Source: Polyangiaceae bacterium (GTDB lineage Bacteria; Myxococcota_A; Polyangia; Polyangiales; Polyangiaceae). Taken from it: a DNA stretch of 64,000 nt. The stretch is from contig DASXWF010000331.1 of the NCBI GenBank assembly GCA_036503835.1, positions 251-64,250 of the forward strand, written 5' to 3'. The notes beneath the pieces were generated by a model. The model was not told the DNA's origin, did not search any database, and was given only the letters and a program-made list of their open reading frames with translations. Numbering within the stretch: position 1 is the first letter of the stretch; the number at the start of each line of letters is the position of its first letter. A program made the translations under genes and the position numbers. Of the stretch, positions 38,091-46,531 are shown piece by piece.

Positions 38091-39463
38091 GCGAAAAGCT
38101 CCGTCTGCGTGGGGTTCTCTTTGGCCTTGGGCGCAGGCGCCACGTAACCAAGCTCGGCTACGCGCTGGAGCGACCACCAATCGATTCGGGCTCCGGCGAC
38201 GCGGAAGCTCAGTTCTTCCCACTCGCTTCCGTGGAACTCGAAGCCCTCAAGCTTGCAGGCGATGCCCGTGGTTCCACTACCCATGTGGGAATCGAGGCAG
38301 CGCCCACCTGGTCTCGTGACGAGCCGAACCAGGTAGCGCATCAGGTCGATGCCCTTCACGGTGACGTGGGGATTGCGGCCGTCAGGCAGCCAGTCGAGCC
38401 CTTCGAGCCCGGCGTCCTTCTCGTTCCTAATGGGCTTCGGGTGGTAGAAAAAGCGCGATGCACCGCCTGAGTCCCCGCGCGCGTGCGCCGGGTTGCCGTC
38501 GATGGCCCCGAACATCCCGCCCTCGTAGTCAGCCCGATGCTTCCCACCTCCAGACATGCCAGGGCGCTCTCCGCTCTGTTGGTCGATGAGGGCTCCGGCG
38601 ATGTCGTCGCAGAGGACGTTGGCTGGCCAGCGACCGAGCGGCGGTGGCTCCCAAGCCGTCTTCACCTTGGCGGCCAGCGGAACCGCTCTGCCTGTCTCGT
38701 CACCCGGTCGGTTGAACCCGTGGCCAAATCCCCGCTTGCTCGGGTCGTTCTCCCAGTCCGCTTCAATCCGACACCCATCAATATTCAACGCCCCCGTCCC
38801 CCACTTCAGGACGTTCTGGGTGAGCGTCAGTCCCTTCTCGAGCGGCTTGCGGGCTACGATGATGGGCTCATGGGCTGGCTTTAAAGCGGGGGCCCAGCCC
38901 TCCCACTCCTTGGCTGGCTCGGTGATGGGGACGACCTTCGCGGGGACACCGCGCGCGTCGGTGTTTGCTCCGTAGGTGCCGCCCTTCTCCTTGGTGGTCT
39001 GCGCTGCGTTGCCGGTGAGCGTCCGGGTGCCGACGACCTTCCGCTCGGCCCCGAGCTTCTTGTCGATCGTCTTGTCTAGGGTGGAGCCCTTGGGCATCCC
39101 CTCGCCGTGCAGATATTGCATCTGGTCGCGAATCTCGAAGCCGGCCAGGCGTAGGGCGACTTCGGTCAGGCCGACCGTTGCGGACCCACCGAACACGAGC
39201 AGGTGAGCGCCGGGCTTGAGCACGCGCAGCACCTCGCGCCAGGTGTCTGGACCGGGGACGCACTTGTCCCAATCCCTTTGCATGAAGCCCGATCCTTTCG
39301 GCTCGTAGACTTCACCCGCCATCCACGCTGTGAGCATGGCTTTGGCGTCGATCAGAGCATTCAGCCCGTAGGGCGCGTCATCGACACTGCTGTCGAAGAA
39401 GTTGTCCTGGTAGGCGCGGAGCACCTCGCGGCAGTCGCCGTGATGGAGCGTGGGAGCGCTCAT
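38087..39463 (-). CDS. N4/N6 DNA methyltransferase (beta class)
   Basis: HGDCREVL, DDAPYGL, RVLKPG, HVTVK, LDSHMGSGTTG. Confidence 0.88.
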   Translation of the reverse strand: MSAPTLHHGDCREVLRAYQDNFFDSSVDDAPYGLNALIDAKAMLTAWMAGEVYEPKGSGFMQRDWDKCVPGPDTWREVLRVLKPGAHLLVFGGSATVGLTEVALRLAGFEIRDQMQYLHGEGMPKGSTLDKTIDKKLGAERKVVGTRTLTGNAAQTTKEKGGTYGANTDARGVPAKVVPITEPAKEWEGWAPALKPAHEPIIVARKPLEKGLTLTQNVLKWGTGALNIDGCRIEADWENDPSKRGFGHGFNRPGDETGRAVPLAAKVKTAWEPPPLGRWPANVLCDDIAGALIDQQSGERPGMSGGGKHRADYEGGMFGAIDGNPAHARGDSGGASRFFYHPKPIRNEKDAGLEGLDWLPDGRNPHVTVKGIDLMRYLVRLVTRPGGRCLDSHMGSGTTGIACKLEGFEFHGSEWEELSFRVAGARIDWWSLQRVAELGYVAPAPKAKENPTQTELFA

Positions 39464-40069
39464 CTACTCCGCAGCCTCCCCGTCGCCGAAAACGTCGTTC
39501 CCGTAGTTCGGATCGGCCCACGGACACCCTTCGGCGTGCCCGGGTCCTGGGTCGTCGATGTCGCCGTCCTCGCACGAGCAGATGATCGCGCGGTCCCAGC
39601 GCCAGGTGTCGAAGCCAACAGCGCCGAAGCCCACGCAGACCAGCATCAAGTCCTTTGGATAGGGCGCGTCCGCTCCGATGAACGTCATCCGCGGCGAGAG
39701 GCCAAGGACCAGCGCCTTGCCGTGGATGTGCTTGGCGTACCACTCGGTGCCGATCGAGGCCGGCACGAGCATCAGCGTCCAGCGCTTGATCCAGCGGCAC
39801 TCGTCGGTGAGCTTCTGGGCCCAAGGGGCGATGTTGGCGAAGGGCGGGTTGAGAAATGCGACGCTGGCGAACCCTTCGTCTTCGGATGGCGTTCGCAGTG
39901 AAGCCCAGCTCTGTCGGAGCGAGTCTTGCTCGGGCGTGAAGTGGTATTTGACGCCGGCAATCTGCTCGCCAGCCGTTGCCGCCAGGTCGAACGTCGGACG
40001 CCCGAATCGCTTGACGATGGCGTCGATGAACTCGGGCGGAGTGCGCCAGTCTTGCTTGGTTTTGGTCAC
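39464..40069 (-). CDS. Phage Dam-type N6-adenine methyltransferase
   Basis: DWRTPPE, FDLAA, FLNPPF, LVPASIGTEW; GTG start with GGAGG RBS. Confidence 0.9.
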   Translation of the reverse strand: MTKTKQDWRTPPEFIDAIVKRFGRPTFDLAATAGEQIAGVKYHFTPEQDSLRQSWASLRTPSEDEGFASVAFLNPPFANIAPWAQKLTDECRWIKRWTLMLVPASIGTEWYAKHIHGKALVLGLSPRMTFIGADAPYPKDLMLVCVGFGAVGFDTWRWDRAIICSCEDGDIDDPGPGHAEGCPWADPNYGNDVFGDGEAAE

Positions 40070-40233
40070 GCCTCCGCCCTCCCCTCCGCTAAAACCCCGC
40101 AGAAAATCAAATCCCCGGCCTCCAGGCGCAGCTCCCCGGGCGTCAGCTGGCGGGCCATGGCGGACAGTTGGAACAGGCGCCAATTGAGGGCGCGGGTGAG
40201 GGAGGACTGGGTGGGGGAGAACATGGCGCTCAC
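40066..40233 (-). CDS. 55-aa hypothetical protein
   Basis: Open frame with GTGA overlaps to both the NAMPT-like gene and the Dam-type gene. Confidence 0.4.
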   Translation of the reverse strand: MSAMFSPTQSSLTRALNWRLFQLSAMARQLTPGELRLEAGDLIFCGVLAEGRAEA

Positions 40234-41687
40234 CCCGCCACCCGTGCACGAATCTCGCTCAGCGTGTGCTCACGGACGAGCTTGCCGTCACGGAACACGT
40301 CGACCAGGAGGTTGCCAGGCACGTGCTCGTCGAGCCGGTGGCGCTCGGTCCAGTAGAGCGTCCCGTCCTCGTTCCGGCGCACCGCCACTCGCCCGCGTTG
40401 CGAGTTCTTGGTGCCGTCGTCGGTCTTCGGCGTCTTGAAGATGTGGACCTCGCCGCCGTTTTTCCGAACGAGCGTCGACTTGAGCGCGAGCCCGAACGAG
40501 TCGCGGGTCTGGTACTGGTACGTGTAGGAGCCGATCCCTAGGACAACGTTCGTGCTGGCAAATCGCTTTTCAGCCAGGCGAGCCAGGATCTCCCCCTGGC
40601 GCCCGAGCGTGATGGCGTCGCCGTAGATGAGGCCGACGTGCGGATCGAGGCACCTGTAGCCACGCTCGGAAACGGTGCCCCCGAACGTATTCCACAGCAC
40701 TTCGATGGCCCCGGCGCGTTCGGCTGCCGACGGGGCCCGCGGATCGCCGCAGATGATTTTCACCGGGTCGCCGGAGTCCGGGCGAATGACCAGCTTGCCG
40801 TCGCGCACCATGATGACGTCCTTCAGGCTCGGCAGGATGCGCGTCATCACGTCCCAGAAGTCGTAGCCATCGGAGACCACCGAGACGATGCCGCTCGGGT
40901 GAACGTTCGTGATGATGTGCCGAATGTATTCCTCGTCGTCGCCGTACGCGCACTGCACGGAGTGCTCGGTCGCGGGGACGCTTGTGCCCACGAGTTCCTT
41001 TTCGACGTTCGCCCCGTAGTAGAGCTCGTGGGCCTCGATGGCGGGGATCGTGTCGGTGCCGGCAAATGACAACAGGTGGCCCATGCCCGAGCCGATGGCA
41101 GCTTCCAGGCAGCCCATGCCGCGCATCGAGAAGTCATGGCCCTGGAACTGGCAGAAGTCCGTCGAGCCGACCGTTGCCAGCGCCGCGGCGTCGAAAGCCT
41201 TACGGTACCGGCGCGCGATCGTGGCCGACGTGCTGGGTTGCCAAAGCTCGACCGACATCAGGGTCTCGATGTAGTTCGTGAGCCAGAAGAACCGCGGGTC
41301 GGTGTTTTCCAGCGTCATGACGGGCATTCGCAGTGGGACGACCGTGCCCTCGTCGAGTGCCCGAATGCGGAGCGGCAGGTAGCCGAGATGCCACAGCTGC
41401 TCGATGTGGCTGACGTCGGGGTCCTGGTCGCCGAGGCAATTCGTGATGATGCGCCGATAGCTCTGAGTCACCTCGGAAAGCGACGCCTCGAAGAACGTGC
41501 GCTGGAACTGGTCCAGGATCCGGTGCTTCAGAAACGCCTGCAGTCCGAACCAGACGAACTCGCTGCAGCCTGGGACACGCGAGCCGCGCGGGGTCCAGGT
41601 CGAGTAGACCAGCTCGGTCCCTGGCGGGTACATCTTCCGGTGGGCGATCTTGTAGAAATCAGCCAAAAGCATGGGGTTGGTATTCAC
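40230..41687 (-). CDS. Nicotinamide phosphoribosyltransferase-like protein (NARP1 Namat-like)
   Basis: LLADFYKIAH, HDFSMRG, VPATEHSV, SVVSDGYD, VIRPDSGDP, LIYGDAIT, TRDSFG. Confidence 0.92.
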   Translation of the reverse strand: MNTNPMLLADFYKIAHRKMYPPGTELVYSTWTPRGSRVPGCSEFVWFGLQAFLKHRILDQFQRTFFEASLSEVTQSYRRIITNCLGDQDPDVSHIEQLWHLGYLPLRIRALDEGTVVPLRMPVMTLENTDPRFFWLTNYIETLMSVELWQPSTSATIARRYRKAFDAAALATVGSTDFCQFQGHDFSMRGMGCLEAAIGSGMGHLLSFAGTDTIPAIEAHELYYGANVEKELVGTSVPATEHSVQCAYGDDEEYIRHIITNVHPSGIVSVVSDGYDFWDVMTRILPSLKDVIMVRDGKLVIRPDSGDPVKIICGDPRAPSAAERAGAIEVLWNTFGGTVSERGYRCLDPHVGLIYGDAITLGRQGEILARLAEKRFASTNVVLGIGSYTYQYQTRDSFGLALKSTLVRKNGGEVHIFKTPKTDDGTKNSQRGRVAVRRNEDGTLYWTERHRLDEHVPGNLLVDVFRDGKLVREHTLSEIRARVAG

Positions 41688-42457
41688 AGGCTCTTCTCTC
41701 CTTCGGGCGTGAAAATCCGGTCAATGCCGGCGGCGAATAGGGGCTCCAGTCCGCGGCTGAAAATGCCGTGGCTGACGAACAGAAAGACCGACTCGGCGCC
41801 CTGCTCTCGGAGCAGCTTGGCCAGTGCAATGAAGGTGGCTCCGCCGTCGCAGATGTCGTCGATGATCATGGCACGGTGACCACGCACGGCGCCGTCGACT
41901 CGCGTTCCGGTGATGACTCCGGTTTCCTGGTCGCGAACTTTCGAGGCGACGATTCGCCACTGGCCATCGGCCGCAACCATGTTGCCGTAGCGAGCGAGTG
42001 CCCCCGCGTCCGGGAAACACCACGCGTCGGCGCCGCATGTTGCGTAGGCCTCTCGGGCCTCGCGCTCGAAGGTTCGGATTTCTACCTGAAACCCGTGTGC
42101 CCTGGTCAGCTCATTCTGAAGCGGCAGAGCGTTGTGCGGGTCGTAGAGGACCACGCGCTTTGGGTAGAGTTTTGCCAGTAGCCGACTGAAGGTCAGAAGA
42201 GCAAACGTCCGATCATTGGCAATCTCCTTGTCTTGCCTTGCGTAGGGCAAGTACGGCAGGTGGATCTCGAAGAGTGCCCCGCGCGCACTCAGTAGCGAGC
42301 AGAGCTGGGCAAGGTGCATGAACTCGCCCTCCGACTCGAAGCGCCAGACGATGGACACGGAGATGCGGTCGAGATCCTCTTCCGGCAGCTTCCAAACCTG
42401 GCTCGTCTTGTCCGGGAAAATGGTTGGAGTGACGGGCTTGCCGTTCAGTGTGAGCAT
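41684..42457 (-). CDS. PRPP synthetase-like protein (NARP1 Adps-like)
   Basis: LPYLPYARQDK, DPHN, FPDAGA, KVRD, IIDDICDGGATF, VSHGIFS. Confidence 0.92.
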   Translation of the reverse strand: MLTLNGKPVTPTIFPDKTSQVWKLPEEDLDRISVSIVWRFESEGEFMHLAQLCSLLSARGALFEIHLPYLPYARQDKEIANDRTFALLTFSRLLAKLYPKRVVLYDPHNALPLQNELTRAHGFQVEIRTFEREAREAYATCGADAWCFPDAGALARYGNMVAADGQWRIVASKVRDQETGVITGTRVDGAVRGHRAMIIDDICDGGATFIALAKLLREQGAESVFLFVSHGIFSRGLEPLFAAGIDRIFTPEGEKSL

Positions 42458-42550
42458 CGTGATTCCTTAGTTAGTGACGCGGCAAGCCCATCAAGCCGGG
42501 TGGGTTCATGGGGAATGATGGGATCCCGGGAGAGGGGCCTGCCGCGTCGG

Positions 42551-42626
42551 TCCCAGCAGCGGGCTTTCGAACCCGCTCACCTCCGCGCCCCGTAGTGAGA
42601 GCGCGGTGGGCCATCGATGGGCTGGG
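42551..42626 (-). ncRNA. tRNA-like structured element (non-canonical)
   Basis: 76 nt; CCCAGC/GCTGGG closing stem, GCGGG-TTCGAAAG-CCCGC T-arm, long central hairpin; no canonical D arm or CCA. Confidence 0.45.
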
Positions 42627-42636
42627 GGGGGTGGTT

Positions 42637-43086
42637 TCAGGCGGCGTCATCCGTTGCGGTGTCGTCGCCCTTGTCTTTCCCGGTCGCGTGAAGCGTCATC
42701 GGGATCGGCCGTCGCCTCGGCAGTTGCACCTCGACCTTCAAGTCTCGCGGGATATCCGGGCTGCCGTACACGCGCACAGCTGGCTCGCCGTTCCACTCGG
42801 TTGGGAACAGGACGATGCGCTTGCCGATCCAGTCGGCCAGGACGCGACCGAACATCTCGCGGATGCAGATGCCGTTCGTCTTATTCAGGGCAAGCTGCTT
42901 GTCGGTGCCGCGGAAGGTGATGATGCCTTTGACCTTCTCGCCGCCCTCGTTGCTCGGCAGCTTCTCGGTGTCGATAGAGGCGACGGTCAGGGTGACCTTC
43001 TTTCCCTTCAATTCGCCTGCTTTGAGGAACCGTCCTGGGAACAGTTCGTCCCAATCGACGGGCTTTTTTCGTGCTGGTTCGTTCAT
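42637..43086 (-). CDS. Putative ssDNA-binding/recombination partner protein
   Basis: RFLKAGEL, LALNKTN, WIGKRIVLF OB-like family; next to RecE-like nuclease; acidic tail. Confidence 0.65.
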   Translation of the reverse strand: MNEPARKKPVDWDELFPGRFLKAGELKGKKVTLTVASIDTEKLPSNEGGEKVKGIITFRGTDKQLALNKTNGICIREMFGRVLADWIGKRIVLFPTEWNGEPAVRVYGSPDIPRDLKVEVQLPRRRPIPMTLHATGKDKGDDTATDDAA

Positions 43087-43139
43087 GTGCTTCTCCTGTT
43101 TGGCGCGGCAGTATTTGAGCCGACGCCGTGTTGGCGGCC

Positions 43140-43973
43140 TCAGATGAGGCCGAGATCGCTGAGGTCATCGTCATCGTTCGGCGACGCCCACTTCGGCAGC
43201 TTGAATGGCAGGATGTCGGGCGAGATGCCGGGCCATGACCCCGTGCGCTCACACTCGACCAGTCGAACCAGCGCCTGCTCGTACAACTCGCGACCGACGC
43301 CAAGCGGTTCGTCCTCGAGTTCGTAGACAACCACGTCGAACGGCGCGACGGATTCGGCGGCAATCAGGACGGCGCCGCGGACTTCGTTGTGCGCCGCGCG
43401 GTAGCCCTCGACGTAGAAAGCCTGCTGAGCGTGGTAGAGCAACTTCGCCGCGCTCGACGCGAACGCCCACGGCTCGGCGTTGGTCGTCGTCTTGAGGTCG
43501 ATGATGTATGTCCGCCCAACGCCATCGACTCGACCCTTGCAAAGGACGCCGGTGGCGCGGTCGGTCCACTGGATCGGCAGCTCGACTTCGATGTCTTCGA
43601 TCAACCGACGTGCGGCCGGGTGAGCGCGGACGGCGCTCGCTACGGCCTGGATGCGGTCGTAATCGTCCTGGTCGAGAAAGAGCGCGCCTTCGTTTTCGGA
43701 TCTCCATTCGTCCCGCTTCTGGCGATTCTTGCTGCTCTGGAGCGGGCCAAAGTCGGGCTCTACGAGATAGCGCAGACGGAACTGCTGGGGCTCCAATGCG
43801 GCAACGTGGACAGCGGTCCCGAAGCGCATGGCTGCCGTCTCCTTCGGCGGCGCCTTGAGCGCGTGCTGGTAGTGCAGCGGCGAGCGCAGGATGTGCTTCA
43901 GCGTCGACCAATTGACGCCGGGCAAATCGGCGTAGTCGGCAAACGGATCGATGACGCGAGCGGCTTCGGCCAT
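43140..43973 (-). CDS. RecE/Exo VIII-like PD-(D/E)xK exonuclease (DUF3799)
   Basis: AMRFGTAVH, CKGRVD, IDLKTT, YHAQQAFY. Confidence 0.9.
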   Translation of the reverse strand: MAEAARVIDPFADYADLPGVNWSTLKHILRSPLHYQHALKAPPKETAAMRFGTAVHVAALEPQQFRLRYLVEPDFGPLQSSKNRQKRDEWRSENEGALFLDQDDYDRIQAVASAVRAHPAARRLIEDIEVELPIQWTDRATGVLCKGRVDGVGRTYIIDLKTTTNAEPWAFASSAAKLLYHAQQAFYVEGYRAAHNEVRGAVLIAAESVAPFDVVVYELEDEPLGVGRELYEQALVRLVECERTGSWPGISPDILPFKLPKWASPNDDDDLSDLGLI

Positions 43974-44194
43974 TACGCCACCACCCCCAGCAAATGCCCA
44001 CGGCGCCGGCTCAGCCTGGCGCACTTCCGGCAGCTGCTCTTGTTCGCCAGGCCCTTCGCGCGCCGCAGAACCTGGATCGACCGCACGACGCTGGCGCCGC
44101 AGTCACAGAGGCAGGCGCACTTGTCGCCGTCCACGCTGACGACGGTGAGGAGACCGATGCGGGTGGTGGGGGCAAATGCCGATTCAGTCGACAT
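43973..44194 (-). CDS. Small Cys-rich protein resembling the N-terminal module of phage HNH/AP2 proteins
   Basis: RIGLLTV...CLCDCG...SCRKC. Confidence 0.55.
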   Translation of the reverse strand: MSTESAFAPTTRIGLLTVVSVDGDKCACLCDCGASVVRSIQVLRRAKGLANKSSCRKCARLSRRRGHLLGVVA

Positions 44195-44813
44195 AAGGCA
44201 CCTCCGCTCCGATGAGACTCTCGTCAGCAGAGACGGCGCGCAGGATGGCTTCGATTGTGCCGTTGCAGACCGTGAAGCCCTGGGCGCCGTACTTCATCAT
44301 GCGGCGTACGCTGGCGACCGCGTAGGTGATCTTGTGGACGACCAGTCGCTTGCGCGCGAGGTCGAGCAGACCGAGGTTGCTCGCCGTGAAGGTCGAGCCA
44401 TCGAAGCCGAACTGGCGAACCGTGAAGTCGAACGTGTCGAGCGCGGCTGCCAGGTTGGCGTAGTAGCCAATGCGAACGACCTGGATTGGGATCGCTTTGC
44501 CATCAAGCTCCAGGACGAAGTTGGCCGCTGACTTGCTCTTCGACGCCGCCTTCTTGAGCTTTCGCTCCTCTAGGCCGCTGACGAACTGGTCCGCCTGGGC
44601 GCCGTCCCTGAAGAAGAAGTCGAGGTCGGAGGCCAGCGGATCTTCGCCGCAGAACAGGCGCCGGACGGCCCCACCGGCCAACCACGGGCCGTTCGGTCCG
44701 ATTGGCGGAAGCTGCTCCAGTGCGCCCTGAAGGCCGCCGAGACGGACGCTCCGCTCCTCCAGCTTGTCGACCGGGAAGGAGGTGACTGGAAGGGTGTTTT
44801 CTGTGCCGTCCAT
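44184..44813 (-). CDS. Nucleotidyltransferase, CCA/poly(A)-polymerase head-like
   Basis: WLAGGAVR, SDLDFFF, FDFTVRQ, RMMKYGAQGF. Confidence 0.85.
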   Translation of the reverse strand: MDGTENTLPVTSFPVDKLEERSVRLGGLQGALEQLPPIGPNGPWLAGGAVRRLFCGEDPLASDLDFFFRDGAQADQFVSGLEERKLKKAASKSKSAANFVLELDGKAIPIQVVRIGYYANLAAALDTFDFTVRQFGFDGSTFTASNLGLLDLARKRLVVHKITYAVASVRRMMKYGAQGFTVCNGTIEAILRAVSADESLIGAEVPYVD

Positions 44814-45166
44814 TACTCCGCCGCCTCCCCGCCCGCGACCAGCCCCTTGTCTTCCAGCGACTTCTTGAGGCGGGCGAACAGATCGAGAATCGTCTCAGTC
44901 GTGACCGGCGGCGTTCCGGGGATCTGCCAGTCGCACCACTCGCTCATGACGGCGGAATAGATCTGGCCTCGCTCGCCGCTCGACAGCTCCAGACAGCGAA
45001 GGTCACCTTCGATGTCGACGTCTCGGTAGGCTTCGAAGGAGCCGACGTAGTGATCATCGCGCCACGCCTGAACGTACAGACGATCGTTCAGCGGGTTTTC
45101 TGCGGTCGACGGCTTGCGCTCGATGTCGACGAACAGGGGCGCCGGCTTCAGTTCGATGCGCTTCAC
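44813..45166 (-). CDS. Hypothetical protein
   Basis: Coupled ORF. Confidence 0.55.
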   Translation of the reverse strand: MKRIELKPAPLFVDIERKPSTAENPLNDRLYVQAWRDDHYVGSFEAYRDVDIEGDLRCLELSSGERGQIYSAVMSEWCDWQIPGTPPVTTETILDLFARLKKSLEDKGLVAGGEAAE

Positions 45167-45384
45167 AGCGACACCTCGCGGCGAAGCGCTTGCAGAAGTT
45201 GCCCCTGGACCAGGCCCAGAAAGCGGGCGCGGAACGTAAGCTCCTCAACCCAGAAGCAACGCGGGGCCTCGTCGCGCATGACCCTGTCGCGAGCGTCGGT
45301 CACGCTCGCCTTGGCCTTGCGAACCTCTGCGATGGTGGAGCGGCAAAGCCGGCGTCCGCTGGCGGTGTGGCGAAAGAGTGTCAT
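45163..45384 (-). CDS. Hypothetical protein
   Basis: Coupled ORF. Confidence 0.45.
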   Translation of the reverse strand: MTLFRHTASGRRLCRSTIAEVRKAKASVTDARDRVMRDEAPRCFWVEELTFRARFLGLVQGQLLQALRREVSL

Positions 45385-45385
45385 T

Positions 45386-45706
45386 TCAGTCAAACCTCGA
45401 CCGGTAGAAATCCTCGACGGACATGCCGAAGGGGCGCGGACTGAGCGCAGGGATTGGCGCACGGGTCGGCATGAGGACGCGGCGCACGGCGGCAGCGATC
45501 TGCTTGAGCTCCCAGGAGGCGGAGAAAACGCCGGGCCCGATGTCGCCCAGGAGCGCCGTGGTCTCGGCCACCTTCTCAGCCTCGTCGGCGTAGCGAAGGG
45601 CGTCCTGGTCCCCGGAGATGACCGCGGCAGCGAAGGGCCAGCGGCGTGGGTCGACAGGTGCCGCCAAGACCACCGAGGTGGCCGGCATGCCAATCAACGT
45701 ACTCAT
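45386..45706 (-). CDS. Hypothetical protein
   Basis: RBS GGAGGA, coupled. Confidence 0.5.
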   Translation of the reverse strand: MSTLIGMPATSVVLAAPVDPRRWPFAAAVISGDQDALRYADEAEKVAETTALLGDIGPGVFSASWELKQIAAAVRRVLMPTRAPIPALSPRPFGMSVEDFYRSRFD

Positions 45707-46023
45707 CGGTCGTCCTCCGAGCCCGAGCGGCGCGTGACGGGTGACTCGACGTGCTCCTCGATCGAGAACGACTCACCGGTGGACTCGACCTCCGAGCGCA
45801 TCCGGTAGAGCTTCCAGGCGCACCAGGCGGCACCCGAGAGCGAGATGACCATGACCGCGCCGGCGATGACGTTGCCGGTGGCGAAGTCGCTGGGGCGGAG
45901 ATCCGTGCCCCACTCGCCCGTCGGGGTCAGAGCGAAGATGGAGGCGCGGATGCGGCGACAGAGCGCCGTGACCAGCATGGTGAGGGCCATGCCGAGGGAG
46001 ACGGGGAGGAGGCCGGCGCTCAT
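45703..46023 (-). CDS. Two-TM membrane protein
   Basis: Two hydrophobic helices, acidic tail. Confidence 0.55.
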   Translation of the reverse strand: MSAGLLPVSLGMALTMLVTALCRRIRASIFALTPTGEWGTDLRPSDFATGNVIAGAVMVISLSGAAWCAWKLYRMRSEVESTGESFSIEEHVESPVTRRSGSEDDR

Positions 46024-46340
46024 CGCCCCCGCCCTCCCGCAATCACGGCCAGGTGCGGATGAGCCGGCAGGCACTTGGCCACCGGACGAAGCGAGGCGGG
46101 AGCGCAGGCGGCGCGGACCGTCTGACGAGCGTCGCGGCCCATCGAGCGCGCCTCCTGCAGAATGGCCACCAGGTTGCTGACGGCCAGGCTCCGGACCTTG
46201 AAGCCGGCCTTGAGCCGGTGACGGTCACCGCTCGAAAAGGTCAGCTCGATGTCCCAGGAGCGGGCAGCGGCGGCCGCGATCTCGACGCCGTAACGGCCGA
46301 GCGGAACCAGGCGGGCAGAGGTGATCTTGGGGTCAGGCAT
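46020..46340 (-). CDS. Hypothetical early protein
   Basis: RBS GGAGA; ends in LAVIAGG. Confidence 0.55.
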   Translation of the reverse strand: MPDPKITSARLVPLGRYGVEIAAAAARSWDIELTFSSGDRHRLKAGFKVRSLAVSNLVAILQEARSMGRDARQTVRAACAPASLRPVAKCLPAHPHLAVIAGGRGR

Positions 46341-46364
46341 GGTGGCTTTCTCCGGGCGATAGGG

Positions 46365-46430
46365 GTGCCGTCTCTCCGGCTGTCACGCATGTCGCCCTGC
46401 GTTTGGGCCCGGGCCTCTCCCCGGGGTCAC
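46365..46430 (-). promoter_or_regulatory. Tandem GTGAC-stem-GGAGAG hairpins in early leader
   Basis: GTGACCCCGGGGAGAGGCCCGGG and GTGACAGCCGGAGAGACGGCAC on the minus strand. Confidence 0.5.
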
Positions 46431-46531
46431 CGCCGTTGCCGCCGTTCAGTCGGTCGCCGCTAGACGGTATGGTTTTGTTGGAGCCGAAGTGGCCCAGGCC
46501 AGGACCCTCCGAAGAGGGCCCCAGGCCCGGG

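Noticed and set aside
36529-40069. Restriction-modification system
   Set aside because: No cognate endonuclease; orphan phage methyltransferases
40230-42457. NARP2 or host-derived NAD salvage operon
   Set aside because: No NMNAT/NadR gene; the partner is Prs-like and embedded in the phage early operon
42551-42626. Canonical tRNA gene
   Set aside because: No conserved D arm, abnormal anticodon arm, ends CCG; kept only as tRNA-like
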